Shown here: one piece after another, positions 1-9,745 of the stretch
Layout: each line of letters opens with the position of its first letter
How positions within the stretch are numbered: position 1 is the first letter of the stretch
Source of the DNA: an uncultured Verrucomicrobiae bacterium
Lineage (GTDB): Bacteria; Verrucomicrobiota; Verrucomicrobiia; Chthoniobacterales; JAFAMB01
DNA: 64,000 nt
Assembly: GCA_963813025.1 (NCBI GenBank)
Contig: CAWEXO010000011.1
Span: forward strand, 672,001-736,000
Direction: 5' to 3'
The notes under the pieces: generated by a model
The model's input: only the letters and a program-made list of their open reading frames with translations
Told to the model about the DNA's origin: nothing
Database searches by the model: none
Position numbers and translations under genes: made by a program

Positions 1-925
1 GGACTGCAGCAGCCATGTGTTACGCATGCAGAAGGCCTTAACCGAAATGAATATCCAAGTGCACCGCGTGTTGAGCGACATCACCGGTTATAGTGGCATG
101 GCGATGATTCGGGCGATTTTGGCCGGAGAACGCAATCCGCTCAAGCTTGCCCAGATGAAACACCCCCAAGTGAAAGCATCCACTGATCAGATCGTCAAAG
201 CCTTACAGGGAGATTACCGAGCCGAGCATCTCTTCGCCTTGCAAACGGCCCTGGAACTCTATGACACCTACCAGCTCAAGATCACCGCCTGCGAAAGCAA
301 GATTGAGCAACAACTTGAGCAATTCGACACTAAACTAGATTTGGAGCAAGCCCTCGAGCAAAGCGGGGCGGCCCAAGCACGGTCGGCCCAAGTTCGCCTA
401 GCCCTGCAGCGCCGAGCGCATCTGGCCAGCGTTTGTGGTGTCGATCTGAGTCAGTTGCCTGGCTTGAGCACCTTGGCGGTGGAAGTCATCATTTCGGAAA
501 CGGGTTTAGACATGACCTGTTGGAAAAGCGAAAAACACTTTTGCTCCTGGCTTAAACTCTGTCCGGACAATCGCATCAGCGGCGGCAAACTGCTCAGTTC
601 CAGCCCCAGAAAAACCAAGAATCGCGCGGCGGCCATGTTCCGGCTGGCGGCCCAAGGAGCCATGCAAAGTAAGACGGCCATCGGCGCTTTTATCCGCCGC
701 ATCAAAGCCCGATTGGGGGCACCCACCGCCATCAACGCCGGAGCTCATAAACTGGCACGCTTGTTCTATCGCATGCTCAAGTTCGGAGCTGCCTATGTCG
801 AGCAAGGGCAACTCTACTACGAGAAAAAATACAAAGACCGCCTACTTCACAATCTCAGCCGACGAGCCAAAGAATTCGGACTCCAACTCACGCCTCTAGA
901 CCCAGCCACGGATTTAGTTTCTTAG
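1..925 (+). CDS. IS110-family recombinase/transposase, C-terminal part (5' end outside window)
   Basis: RMQKALTEMNIQ, LSQLPGLS, SWLKLCPDNRISGGK and the tail YVEQGQLYYEKKY..LSRRAKEFG are typical of the IS110 Tnp (Transposase_20) domain; the RuvC-like N-terminus is upstream of the window. Confidence 0.9.
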   Translation, partial: DCSSHVLRMQKALTEMNIQVHRVLSDITGYSGMAMIRAILAGERNPLKLAQMKHPQVKASTDQIVKALQGDYRAEHLFALQTALELYDTYQLKITACESKIEQQLEQFDTKLDLEQALEQSGAAQARSAQVRLALQRRAHLASVCGVDLSQLPGLSTLAVEVIISETGLDMTCWKSEKHFCSWLKLCPDNRISGGKLLSSSPRKTKNRAAAMFRLAAQGAMQSKTAIGAFIRRIKARLGAPTAINAGAHKLARLFYRMLKFGAAYVEQGQLYYEKKYKDRLLHNLSRRAKEFGLQLTPLDPATDLVS

Positions 926-1225
926 GAGCCAGAGGTCATGGATGGACAAAAAGAAATCGGTTTGTTTTGGAACCGCCGGTAAGTAGCGATTCTACATCAG
1001 TCAGTAGGTTTAAAAACTTCGGTTAACCTTTTTTGCGTTATGCAAGTGGAACGCGGAGCACCAAGCAAAATGCTCGCGAACAACAATAATAGAAAATGAT
1101 CAATAGGTAACCGACTCGTTGGAATTTGCTATTGTGAGAGCAAACGGACCCTAGAGTCTGGGCCGAAACCATTCGAGCGGTCCTGCCGATCTCCTTAATA
1201 TGCTGAACATCCCTAGTCTTAACAG

Positions 1226-1945
1226 TCAGCGGCCACCCAGCAGATAGGTGGTTGGAACCGCCGGCAGAGTCGACTGGGAAACTGTAAAATGGTTGCCGAC
1301 CCGCACAATGTTTCCGGTGCCTCTCCAATCGAAGCTGCCAGTGTAGCTGATTGGAACAATGATTCTCGGGCGCAGCCGTTCAAGAGTTATCCGGCGTTTT
1401 TCGGCGTTGAAGTTGGGGACACCCCCGCCTGGAATGAAAAGGACATCCACAGGGCCAATATTCAGGGCTTCGGTGGGTGAGATGGCATCCTCGATCGCCC
1501 CCAGGTGACAGAAGCGTACGCCGTCCATTGACCAGACAAACGCGACGTTGATCCGGCCAGTTACCTCCAGGTTTTCCGAGCTGGTTCGAACACCCCGGAC
1601 CAGCAGTCCGCTCGCTCGATTCACGCCGGACGCCATCGAGCTCCGGAAAATTTGCGGCGACCCCGCCGCAAGATCCGCGTAACTGGCAAGCTCGTCCTCG
1701 TGGGTGATGAACACGGCGTCCGCAGGGACGCTGGCCACCTTTATGTTCACATGCGCGGCCGAAGGATTAAATGGATCGATCAGGATCGACAGGCCTATCG
1801 AGGAAGTGACAAGGAAAGAGCCCCGGCCCAGCCACTCAACAGTCGCTTGGCGTGGTCCGGACGGATATGGGTTTTCCCGACGGTGACGATGAAAGCAGCC
1901 AGTTAACGTGAGGGCCGCGAGAAGAAAGGGGAGACTTCGATGCAT
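1226..1945 (-). CDS. MBL-fold (Lactamase_B_3-like) lipoprotein with degenerate metal motif
   Basis: Lipobox LTGC; VEWLGRGSFLV, ILIDPF, FCHLGA, VDVLFIPGGG, LRPRIIVPI. Confidence 0.75.
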   Translation of the reverse strand: MHRSLPFLLAALTLTGCFHRHRRENPYPSGPRQATVEWLGRGSFLVTSSIGLSILIDPFNPSAAHVNIKVASVPADAVFITHEDELASYADLAAGSPQIFRSSMASGVNRASGLLVRGVRTSSENLEVTGRINVAFVWSMDGVRFCHLGAIEDAISPTEALNIGPVDVLFIPGGGVPNFNAEKRRITLERLRPRIIVPISYTGSFDWRGTGNIVRVGNHFTVSQSTLPAVPTTYLLGGR

Positions 1946-2062
1946 GGTTCGATTTGGAGCTATAGAAAAACCGAGACTGACACAGAGGGATCGCGCGTTC
2001 AACGGTCTTCTCGGATCGCTTCCTCGCGGATCCGCGATCGAAACTTCAATTGTTCAAGGGCA

Positions 2063-2866
2063 CTAATGGCGCAAGGCGGTAACAATTCCCGCGGGTCCGT
2101 TCCAGCGCAGGCTCCCGCGGATCGCCCTGGTTACAAACCGCTTGGCCGAACGGCAGGCTGCCGCCAGATCTTTACCGCAGGCGAGGTTGGCGGCGATCGC
2201 CGCCGAGTAGGCGCAGCCTGTTCCGTGAGTCGAAATGCCAGCGACAAATCGGGCGGATAAACGGAGAATCCGTCCTTGTTGAGCAAGCAAGTCGACCGCG
2301 ATCCTTTGGTTGAGATGGCCGCCCTTCAGCAGGATAGGTTTTCCGAAACGTCGCTCGAGTTCGAGCACCGCTTTCCTCATCTCAGACTCATTCCGGACCC
2401 ATCGATTCAGGAGGACGCCGGCCTCATCGAGATTGGGAGTGATTACCGCTGCGAGCGGAAAAAGCCGGCCGGTGTATTGCTCGATCGCGGACGCTTCAAG
2501 CAACCGGTCTCCCGAACTTGCCACCATTACGGGATCGACCACGATGGGAGGCCGCCGCTCCACCGGAATTCTCTCCAGACATTCGCAGACCGCGTCGATA
2601 ATTTGACCCGAGCAGAGCATCCCGGTCTTTACGGCGGCAACCGGGAAATGTTGGAAGCTGAGCGCGACCTGTTCCCTGATCTGTTCCGGAGCAAGCAGAA
2701 AGATTCCCGAGACTTTCCCCGGAACCTCCGCCACGACGCAGGTCACCGCAGTCAAAGCGTATACCCGAAAATGAGAGAAGGTTTTCAGGTCAGCCTGGAT
2801 ACCCGCGCCAGCCGAGCTGTCCGAACCGGCGATGGTAAGGGCGATGGGGAAGGCTTCGCGTTTCAC
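2063..2866 (-). CDS. thiD: Hydroxymethylpyrimidine/phosphomethylpyrimidine kinase
   Basis: ALTIAGSDSSAGAGIQADLKTF, VVDPVMVASSG, ITPNLDEA, LLKGGH, THGTGC. Confidence 0.95.
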   Translation of the reverse strand: MKREAFPIALTIAGSDSSAGAGIQADLKTFSHFRVYALTAVTCVVAEVPGKVSGIFLLAPEQIREQVALSFQHFPVAAVKTGMLCSGQIIDAVCECLERIPVERRPPIVVDPVMVASSGDRLLEASAIEQYTGRLFPLAAVITPNLDEAGVLLNRWVRNESEMRKAVLELERRFGKPILLKGGHLNQRIAVDLLAQQGRILRLSARFVAGISTHGTGCAYSAAIAANLACGKDLAAACRSAKRFVTRAIRGSLRWNGPAGIVTALRH

Positions 2867-2998
2867 CTTTCGGGTTTCACGTTTCGCGTTTCGCGTCTCA
2901 CGTTTGATGGTGCCAGTATCAGTATCAGTATCAGTGGGGTCAGCGAAAAGTATGTGATCCGCGTCTGACTCCTAGCACTAGCACTGGCACTGACACTA
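2866..2998. repeat. Heptamer run (GTTTCRC)n, then inverted hexamer arrays (CAGTAT)n ... (CTRRCA)n
   Basis: gtttcac/gtttcgc repeats at ~2859-2905; gccagtatcagtatcagtatcagt ... ctagcactagcactggcactgacact. Confidence 0.75.
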
Positions 2999-3050
2999 CC
3001 CAAAACGCTTCTTTCCAATTCCAGGCGAGAGTCGTAGTACTGGCTTTGAC

Positions 3051-3431
3051 GTGTTTCGAGAGCTTCCGGATGTCCGTGTGATAGTCGATAAGGTGATTTA
3101 CGTACCGACATTGGAGGCGCCTCCGGCTCGGCCCTTTCCGTTCGTTTATTTTATCACAATCGAGAATGGGTCGAGCGAAACGGTGACTATTCGCGGTCGT
3201 AAATGGGTCGTCACCGACGCTCGCGGCGAAACCATTGTCGTAGAAGGCGACGGAGTTGTGGGAGAATTGCCTCGGCTCCGGCCTGGTGAACGGTTCTCCT
3301 ACAACAGTTATCATGTGATCGGAGCGGATAGTGTCGCGGAAGGCTCTTTCCTTGGACTCTCTGAGGATGGAGACCCATTTGTGGTGCGGATCCCCCCGTT
3401 TGAGATGCGCGCGCCGAGTGAGGAAATCTAA
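3051..3431 (+). CDS. apaG: ApaG family protein
   Basis: FVYFITIEN, RGRKWVVTD, VEGDGVVGELPRLRPGERFSYNS. Confidence 0.9.
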   Translation: MFRELPDVRVIVDKVIYVPTLEAPPARPFPFVYFITIENGSSETVTIRGRKWVVTDARGETIVVEGDGVVGELPRLRPGERFSYNSYHVIGADSVAEGSFLGLSEDGDPFVVRIPPFEMRAPSEEI

Positions 3432-3448
3432 AGAATAAACCGCCGGCC

Positions 3449-3856
3449 TCAATCGTGGCCGGGTCGATCTTCGAGCGGAGGTTTTGCGGAGCGCTCGAGA
3501 ACATGCTTCAGAAACACATTTTTGTAGTTCTCAAAGACAGCAGTAACGATCGCCGCGTCGTCGGCGTAACCGGTTCGCGGGATTTCATCCGGAATGAGAT
3601 CGACCGCTTTCCGGACATAGGACAACGCGAAAGCCGCCTCCGCGATCGCAGTGTAAGGGATGTTTCTGTTGAGACCGGAGTGAAAGTCCTCGATGAGTTC
3701 GGCAAGAAATTCGACCTGATCGGCCAGATGAGGAAACTCCGTTATCTGGGTAACAGCGAGCCGGATATCGGAAAGCTGGCGCACGAGCTTTTCAAGTTTC
3801 CTCGGCGTGATCTTCCGGGCGCCATCGGCAATGAACTGCTGGAGTTCTTTTTTCAT
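3449..3856 (-). CDS. YkvA/DUF1232 family protein
   Basis: ALSYV..VDLIPDEIPRTGYADDA motif. Confidence 0.8.
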   Translation of the reverse strand: MKKELQQFIADGARKITPRKLEKLVRQLSDIRLAVTQITEFPHLADQVEFLAELIEDFHSGLNRNIPYTAIAEAAFALSYVRKAVDLIPDEIPRTGYADDAAIVTAVFENYKNVFLKHVLERSAKPPLEDRPGHD

Positions 3857-3918
3857 CGAATGAATTAGTTGATCAGCTGGCCGGCCAACAGTCAATTGGG
3901 ACGACGAGACAGGAGTCC

Positions 3919-3972
3919 AGGAGTTCAGGGAAGTTCAGGGAAGTTCAGGGAAGTTCAGGGAAGTTCAGGGAA
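3919..3972. repeat. Tandem 10-mer (GGAAGTTCAG) x~5
   Basis: ggagttcagggaagttcagggaagttcagggaagttcagggaagttcagggaag. Confidence 0.95.
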
Positions 3973-4114
3973 GCACCAGCCAATGCCCCAGATTCACCGA
4001 TTTTCGCAGATTCAGAAAGAGTTTTCGAGCGGATTCCAGAGTTGCTTCCGGCAATCCATAATCTGTGAAAATCTGTGAAGGTCTGTGGTTCACAGGCCCT
4101 CTCCCGACGGTATT

Positions 4115-6751
4115 TTACAACGACGCGATGAGCGCCCGTGCTCGCTCGACCGCTTCCGGCAACTGGGACGGATCGCGGCCGACTCCGCGGGCCAAATCGG
4201 GGCGGCCCCCGCCTTTTCCGCCGAGAATGCCAGTCAGTTCCTGAACCAATTTCCCGGCGTTGAATTGCGCGGTCAAGGCGCTGGCAACGTAGACAACCAC
4301 GTCGATGCTGCGCGGCGAAACACCAAACAACACGACGACGCCTTCAAATTTCCTGGCCTTTAACGTTTGGGCGATCGCCTGGAGATAATCGTCCGAGCCT
4401 TCCGGGACTACCTCGACGACCCGAGGTTCGCGGATAGTCCTGATAAACTCAGCGGCTCGTCGTTCGAGCGCCGCTTCTTTTTCCTTGTCCGCTGCTTTCC
4501 GGAGCTCGACAACCTGTTGATTCAAGCTGGCGATTTTCGCGGTTTGCTGGTCGAGCTGGCCCGTCAAGTGGTCCCAAGCGGTCAGTCCGGTGAGCGCTTC
4601 CACCCGGCGCACTCCGGCCGCGATGGCGCCTTCGCTGATAATGCGGAAAAGCCCGATCTGGCCGCTTCGTAGAACGTGGGTTCCGCCACAAAGCTCCATG
4701 GAAAAACCGTCGAGGCGCCCCGCGTGGCCGCCAATCTGTACGACGCGCACCTTAGTCCCGTATTTTTCGCCAAAGAACTGCATGATCTCGGGGCGCGCCT
4801 TGACTTCTTCGTAGGGAACCTCGGTCCAGCTCACGGGTTCATCGGCAATAACCCGGGAATTGACCAGCTTTTCGATCGCCCGGAGTTGGTCGCCGGACAG
4901 CGGGGAACTGTTGAAATCGAACCGCAGCCGATCCGGACCGACATAAGAACCCTTCTGCCGGGCCCCTGGATCCACAACCTTATGAAGAGCCCAGTGGAGC
5001 AGGTGTGTCGCCGTGTGATTGGCTTCAATCATGCGCCGGCGCGCCGCGTCCACTGAAAGGGTGACCTCGGTCCCGGTGAGGATCGAGACATCAGCAGGCA
5101 ACTCCAGATAGAAGGTTCCTCCCTGTTTTACCACACCAAGAACCGGAAGGCTGGAGCCATTCGCCAAGATGACCGACCCCGTGTCGCTCACTTGTCCACC
5201 CATCTCCGCATAGAGCGGAGATCGATCAACACTGATCAAGGTCTGCGCTGGTCGATGCTGGACGTTGGTTACGACCGCACTGGCATGCTGGCTCAAGAAC
5301 CCGACAAACTCAGTTGGTGGTGTGTCTCCGGCAGCGACGACCGTTGTTTTCTCCTGGGCCGCGCGGGATCGTACACGTTGTTCCTCGAGGAGACGCGAAA
5401 CCTGGGCAAGGTCGAGTGTGAAGCCACGCTCGCGGAGGAGCACCTCGGTGAGATCAATCGGGAAACCGTAGGTGTTATAGAGCATGAACGCTGCTTCCGG
5501 CAAAAAAATCTTGGTGGAGTGTGAGGAAAGCTGTTCTTCAAAAAGTCGGAGACCACGATCGAGCGTCCGGTTGAACAGCGCTTCTTCCTCGTCCAGAATT
5601 TCTGCCACTCGCGCCTGGTTTTGGCGAAGCTCGGGAAAGGTTTGTCCGAAATTGTCGACCACTGCCGGCATCAGCCGGCGGAGAAATCCGGCGGTGCCGA
5701 AGCCGAGTTGCCGGCCGAACATCACCGCGCGCCGCAGAATCCGTCGGACGACATAATTCCGATCGGTGTTACCGGGCAGGATGCCGTCGGAGATGGCAAA
5801 AACCAGGGTGCGCAGATGATCGGCCACGACCCGGAAAGCGACATCGACGAGCTCCTGTTCGCCCAGGCCAGCCCGGGACGAAGGCAGGGTGCCGCGGTAC
5901 TCTTTGCCGGACAGCAAAGCAATTGCGTCGAAGATTGGCCGGAAAACGCTCGAATCGTAGTTGGAGACCGGATGCTCAAAATGCTTGAAACCGCCACTGC
6001 ACTCAATAATAGCGGACACCCGCTCGAAGCCCATGCCTGTGTCGACGTGGGTCGCTGGCAGAGGTGAGAAAGTACCGTCTGGATTGGCATTGAACTGAAT
6101 GAAGACGAGATTCCAGATCTCGATGCAGAGGGGGTCGCCCTGATTGACCAATCTGGCTCCTGACTCGCCGGCGGGCGTCAGGTCGAAATGAATTTCCGAA
6201 CAAGGACCGCATGGTCCGGTATCGCCCATCATCCAGAAATTATCGGCGCGATTGCCGGGTAGAACGTGAACGCCGGGATCGAAGCCAGCCCGGGAAAACC
6301 ATTCCGACCAATACCGATGAGCTTCTTCATCGAACTGTGCGGGATCGCCTGGGCCCGGCCGATAAACCGTGACATAGAGGCGAGCCGGCGGAAATTTCCA
6401 GCGTTCGACCAGAAGTTCCCAGGCAAAGGCAACGGCTTCTTTCTTGAAGTAATCGCCAAAACTCCAATTGCCTAACATTTCAAAAAAAGTGTGATGATAG
6501 GTATCGAACCCAACGTCATCGAGATCGTTATGTTTGCCGCCGGCCCGAATGCATTTCTGGGTGTCAGCCGCTCGCGGCGGATCAAACGGAGGTTTTTGTT
6601 CCCCGAGAAAGTAGGGAACGAACTGGTTCATTCCGGCGTTGGTAAAGAGCAGGTTCGGCGCGTCTGGAAGCAAACTGGAGGAAGGCACAATCGTGTGTTG
6701 CTTCTCGCGAAAGAAATCCAAAAAAGACTGTCTGATCTCGGCCGCCTTCAT
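4115..6751 (-). CDS. alaS: Alanine--tRNA ligase
   Basis: LLFTNAGMNQF, HHTFFEMLGNWSFG, NHTATHLLH, ELCGGTHV, GKGGGRPDLARG. Confidence 0.98.
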   Translation of the reverse strand: MKAAEIRQSFLDFFREKQHTIVPSSSLLPDAPNLLFTNAGMNQFVPYFLGEQKPPFDPPRAADTQKCIRAGGKHNDLDDVGFDTYHHTFFEMLGNWSFGDYFKKEAVAFAWELLVERWKFPPARLYVTVYRPGPGDPAQFDEEAHRYWSEWFSRAGFDPGVHVLPGNRADNFWMMGDTGPCGPCSEIHFDLTPAGESGARLVNQGDPLCIEIWNLVFIQFNANPDGTFSPLPATHVDTGMGFERVSAIIECSGGFKHFEHPVSNYDSSVFRPIFDAIALLSGKEYRGTLPSSRAGLGEQELVDVAFRVVADHLRTLVFAISDGILPGNTDRNYVVRRILRRAVMFGRQLGFGTAGFLRRLMPAVVDNFGQTFPELRQNQARVAEILDEEEALFNRTLDRGLRLFEEQLSSHSTKIFLPEAAFMLYNTYGFPIDLTEVLLRERGFTLDLAQVSRLLEEQRVRSRAAQEKTTVVAAGDTPPTEFVGFLSQHASAVVTNVQHRPAQTLISVDRSPLYAEMGGQVSDTGSVILANGSSLPVLGVVKQGGTFYLELPADVSILTGTEVTLSVDAARRRMIEANHTATHLLHWALHKVVDPGARQKGSYVGPDRLRFDFNSSPLSGDQLRAIEKLVNSRVIADEPVSWTEVPYEEVKARPEIMQFFGEKYGTKVRVVQIGGHAGRLDGFSMELCGGTHVLRSGQIGLFRIISEGAIAAGVRRVEALTGLTAWDHLTGQLDQQTAKIASLNQQVVELRKAADKEKEAALERRAAEFIRTIREPRVVEVVPEGSDDYLQAIAQTLKARKFEGVVVLFGVSPRSIDVVVYVASALTAQFNAGKLVQELTGILGGKGGGRPDLARGVGRDPSQLPEAVERARALIASL

Positions 6752-6921
6752 CGGGTAAACCGTTCGACTAATGTAGGAACTCGCGAGCTGCAAGGAGGAA
6801 AAGGACCGTAAGATAAGCTTCCAGCTTGCCAGCGCCAGCAATCCAGCCAGCTTGTCCGGCGATTGAGTCAACGAGCGTTACGCGTCGCCGGCGAGAATCT
6901 CGTCGACGCTGCCGGCGCTGA

Positions 6922-7966
6922 TCAGATCCGCCGATGCTGCTCCTCGAGCACGGCCTTTACCGCGACTTCGATCTCTTCGTACAGCGACTGGTCGGCTTTC
7001 AGCGCTTCCTTGGCGGCGTCGCGACCCTGCGCAAGCTGTTGGCCTTTGTACGAGATCCAGGAACCGCGTTTTTCCAGAACGTTTTTTTCCAGTGCCAGGT
7101 CGAGCAGCGCACCCACGTTGGAAATCCCTTCGTTGTACATGATATCGAACTCGGCTTCCGTAAAAGGCGGAGCGACTTTGTTCTTTACGATCTTCACCTT
7201 GGTGCGATTTCCCACCACGACGCCGTCGGTCTGCTTGATCGCGTTAATCCGGCGGATATCGACGCGTACGCTCGCGTAAAATTTGAGCGCCTTTCCGCCC
7301 GGGGTCGTCTCCGGGATTACCAAACATGACGCCGATCTTTTCGCGGATCTGGTTGGTGAACACGCAGCAGGTCCGGGCCCGGGAAATCAACGATGTCAGT
7401 TTACGAAGGGCGGCGCTCATCAGGCGAGCCTGCGCACCAACCGTCGCATCGCCGATCTCACCTTCCAGCTCCGCTTTCGTGACCAGGGCGGCTACCGAAT
7501 CGACGACGATCACGTCCAACGCGTTGGACCGGATGAGCGTCTCACATATCCGGAGTGCTTCCTCACCGGAACTCGGTTGTGAGACCAACAGGTCATCGAG
7601 ATTGACCCCTAGCCGGCGGGCATACTGCGGATCCAGCGCGTGTTCGACATCAATAAACCCAGCCAGACCGCCCCGCTTCTGCGCCTGAGCGATGACGGTC
7701 AGGGTCAGGGTCGTTTTTCCGGAGGATTCCGGGCCGAAGATTTCCACGACTCGACCACGCGGGAATCCGCCAACACCGAGCGCCCGATCTATGAGAATGT
7801 TTCCGGTCGGGATCACTTCGACAGGCGCGATATGATCGTCGCCCAGCCGCATAATTGCTCCTTCACCGTAGTCCTTGGCAATCTGCTGCAACGCCAGATC
7901 GAGATTTTTTTTGCGAGCGGCGTGAGCGGGATCGGGAGCGCTTACCTCGGAGTTCTTGACGGCCAT
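6922..7966 (-). CDS. recA: RecA, split by a +1 indel near 7313 (probably a sequencing error)
   Basis: [57 protein letters not shown] across two ORFs. Confidence 0.95.
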
Positions 7967-8579
7967 CAGGTGAGACTATCAGCGAACGAGGATGAACGTC
8001 AACGGACGAGCCTGCATCGCTCGCAAATCTCCAGGGATTTGCGAGCGGTGCAGGCTGTGGCAGCAGAAGAGAAATACCAATCCCAGATTCACCCTTTTGG
8101 GTGATGGAAAAGCCGCAAAAACGGCCGGATTGTACGCACCTGCCATGAAAACTCGTACCTTGTCTGATTACCCTCTGCTGATCGGTGAGATTCTCCGTAG
8201 AGCGGAGTTACGCAAATTGCGGGCAGCCGAGCGGAGCCGTCGGTTTCGCGAAATGTTCGGTATCCGGCCCACGCGTTAGCCGATCAACGATCTGCCGCGG
8301 AACTTCAATCCCCTCAAGGAACCAGGGTGAATCTGGTGCACCGCCAGCTTCGCGGTGTTCCGGCACGGAACCGTCGAAAACGGGTGAATGCCACTTGTTT
8401 CCTCGATTTCTTCTGGCTTGCCAGATGCCACGGATAGGAAGACGATCGCAATGAGGCCTTGGCAAGCGCGCTCGACCTGCTAATGAGATTGGTTTGAGGA
8501 AACGGTTTGGAAAGATGCAAGGACGCCCGCCCGCTGGCGAATGCATTTGCCGGCCATCATCTACCCAAGCACACATCTT

Positions 8580-9728
8580 ATGGCACTCAACCTTGTCGAA
8601 ATGGCTAAGAGCCAACTTAGCGGAAACGTCCTTGGTCAGCTCAGTTCGTTGATCGGGGAAAGCCCGGAGAAGACGACGTCTGCCACCGGCGCCACATTGC
8701 CTGCGATTTTGGCGGCGGTGACAAACCTTGGCAGCAAACCCGAGGGAGCAACGCAGCTGCTGTCGACATTGCGCAACGTGGATCCGAGCATAGTCGATAA
8801 ATTCTCCAGCCTGCTTGGATCACAGGGCACCAATGTGGCGCAGCAAGGAAATTCCCTGCTTGGCGGCCTTTTTGGTGGCAGCATGATCGCTGGGCTGGCC
8901 GGGGTGGTGGCGAAATTCACCGGCCTGCGCCAGGAAACAGCGACGACCTTGATTGGGACCTTAGCCCCTATGGTTCTGGGTGTGCTCAGCAAGCATACCC
9001 AGGCGCAGGGACTGAACGTGTCGTCTCTCGCCGGTCTTTTGGCTGGTCAAAAGAAAAACGTCGAGGCAGCGCTTCCTCCTGGAATGGCTCCACTTCTGTC
9101 CAACGTTCCGGGTCTCCAAGGCTTCCTTGGGCCGACCGGTGATGCGGCTCGTTCGGCGGCCGACACTTCGCGAGCGGCAGTCTCCAGTGCTGGGCAGGCA
9201 GCCCGGGACACTGCTACGGAGACTCGCTCCAAGATGCCGGGCTGGCTGGTACCACTGGCCGTGCTCGTCGTGCTTGCTTTACTGCTCTTTCAATTCCTCA
9301 AACCTCGACCAGCTCCTCCGGCTGCCAATGAAGCGCCGACAGCGACTGAGACCCCGGCCGCGACCGCTGCCGCTACTGAGACGCCCGCCGCGACTGCCGC
9401 CCCGGCCGGCGCAACGGCCAATTTTACCGGGCAGTTGACCGGCGTGCTCACCGGCGTCACGCAGACTTTGAGCGGCGTCCATGACGCGGATTCGGCCAAA
9501 GCGGCAGTCCCGCAGATCAAGGATGCAAGTTCAAAACTGGACAGTTTAAAGACTGTGTGGGCACAGCTGCCGGACAGCGCCAAAACCGAGGTCCGAACAT
9601 CGGTGACGCCAAAGATCACCGCTGTGCAGGACTTGGTTACCAAGGTTGAGGCAATGCCCGGTGTTGGAGATATTCTCAAACCGGCTGCGGACGATCTGGT
9701 TTCGAAGTTGAAGGATTTGCTGGGCTGA
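8580..9728 (+). CDS. DUF937-domain membrane protein with Ala/Thr/Pro-rich linker
   Basis: N-terminal DUF937-like helices (LLGGLFG, LAPMVLGVL, LLAGQK..ALP), one TM segment, TETPAATAA repeats. Confidence 0.75.
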   Translation: MALNLVEMAKSQLSGNVLGQLSSLIGESPEKTTSATGATLPAILAAVTNLGSKPEGATQLLSTLRNVDPSIVDKFSSLLGSQGTNVAQQGNSLLGGLFGGSMIAGLAGVVAKFTGLRQETATTLIGTLAPMVLGVLSKHTQAQGLNVSSLAGLLAGQKKNVEAALPPGMAPLLSNVPGLQGFLGPTGDAARSAADTSRAAVSSAGQAARDTATETRSKMPGWLVPLAVLVVLALLLFQFLKPRPAPPAANEAPTATETPAATAAATETPAATAAPAGATANFTGQLTGVLTGVTQTLSGVHDADSAKAAVPQIKDASSKLDSLKTVWAQLPDSAKTEVRTSVTPKITAVQDLVTKVEAMPGVGDILKPAADDLVSKLKDLLG

Positions 9729-9745
9729 ATGCGCGCCGAGAAACC

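Noticed and set aside
3919..3972. Possible CRISPR or iteron array
   Set aside because: Simple 10-mer tandem repeat with no spacers and no rep gene
7300..7325. Programmed frameshift or pseudogenisation of recA
   Set aside because: One extra base in a short homopolymer, no slippery heptamer, and similar indels occur across the window
7967..8140. LexA box upstream of recA
   Set aside because: No convincing TGTTC-N4-GAACA or other SOS palindrome seen
8414..8430. Sigma54-like GG-N10-GC on both strands
   Set aside because: Weak match, far from start codons, and no supporting IHF or UAS evidence
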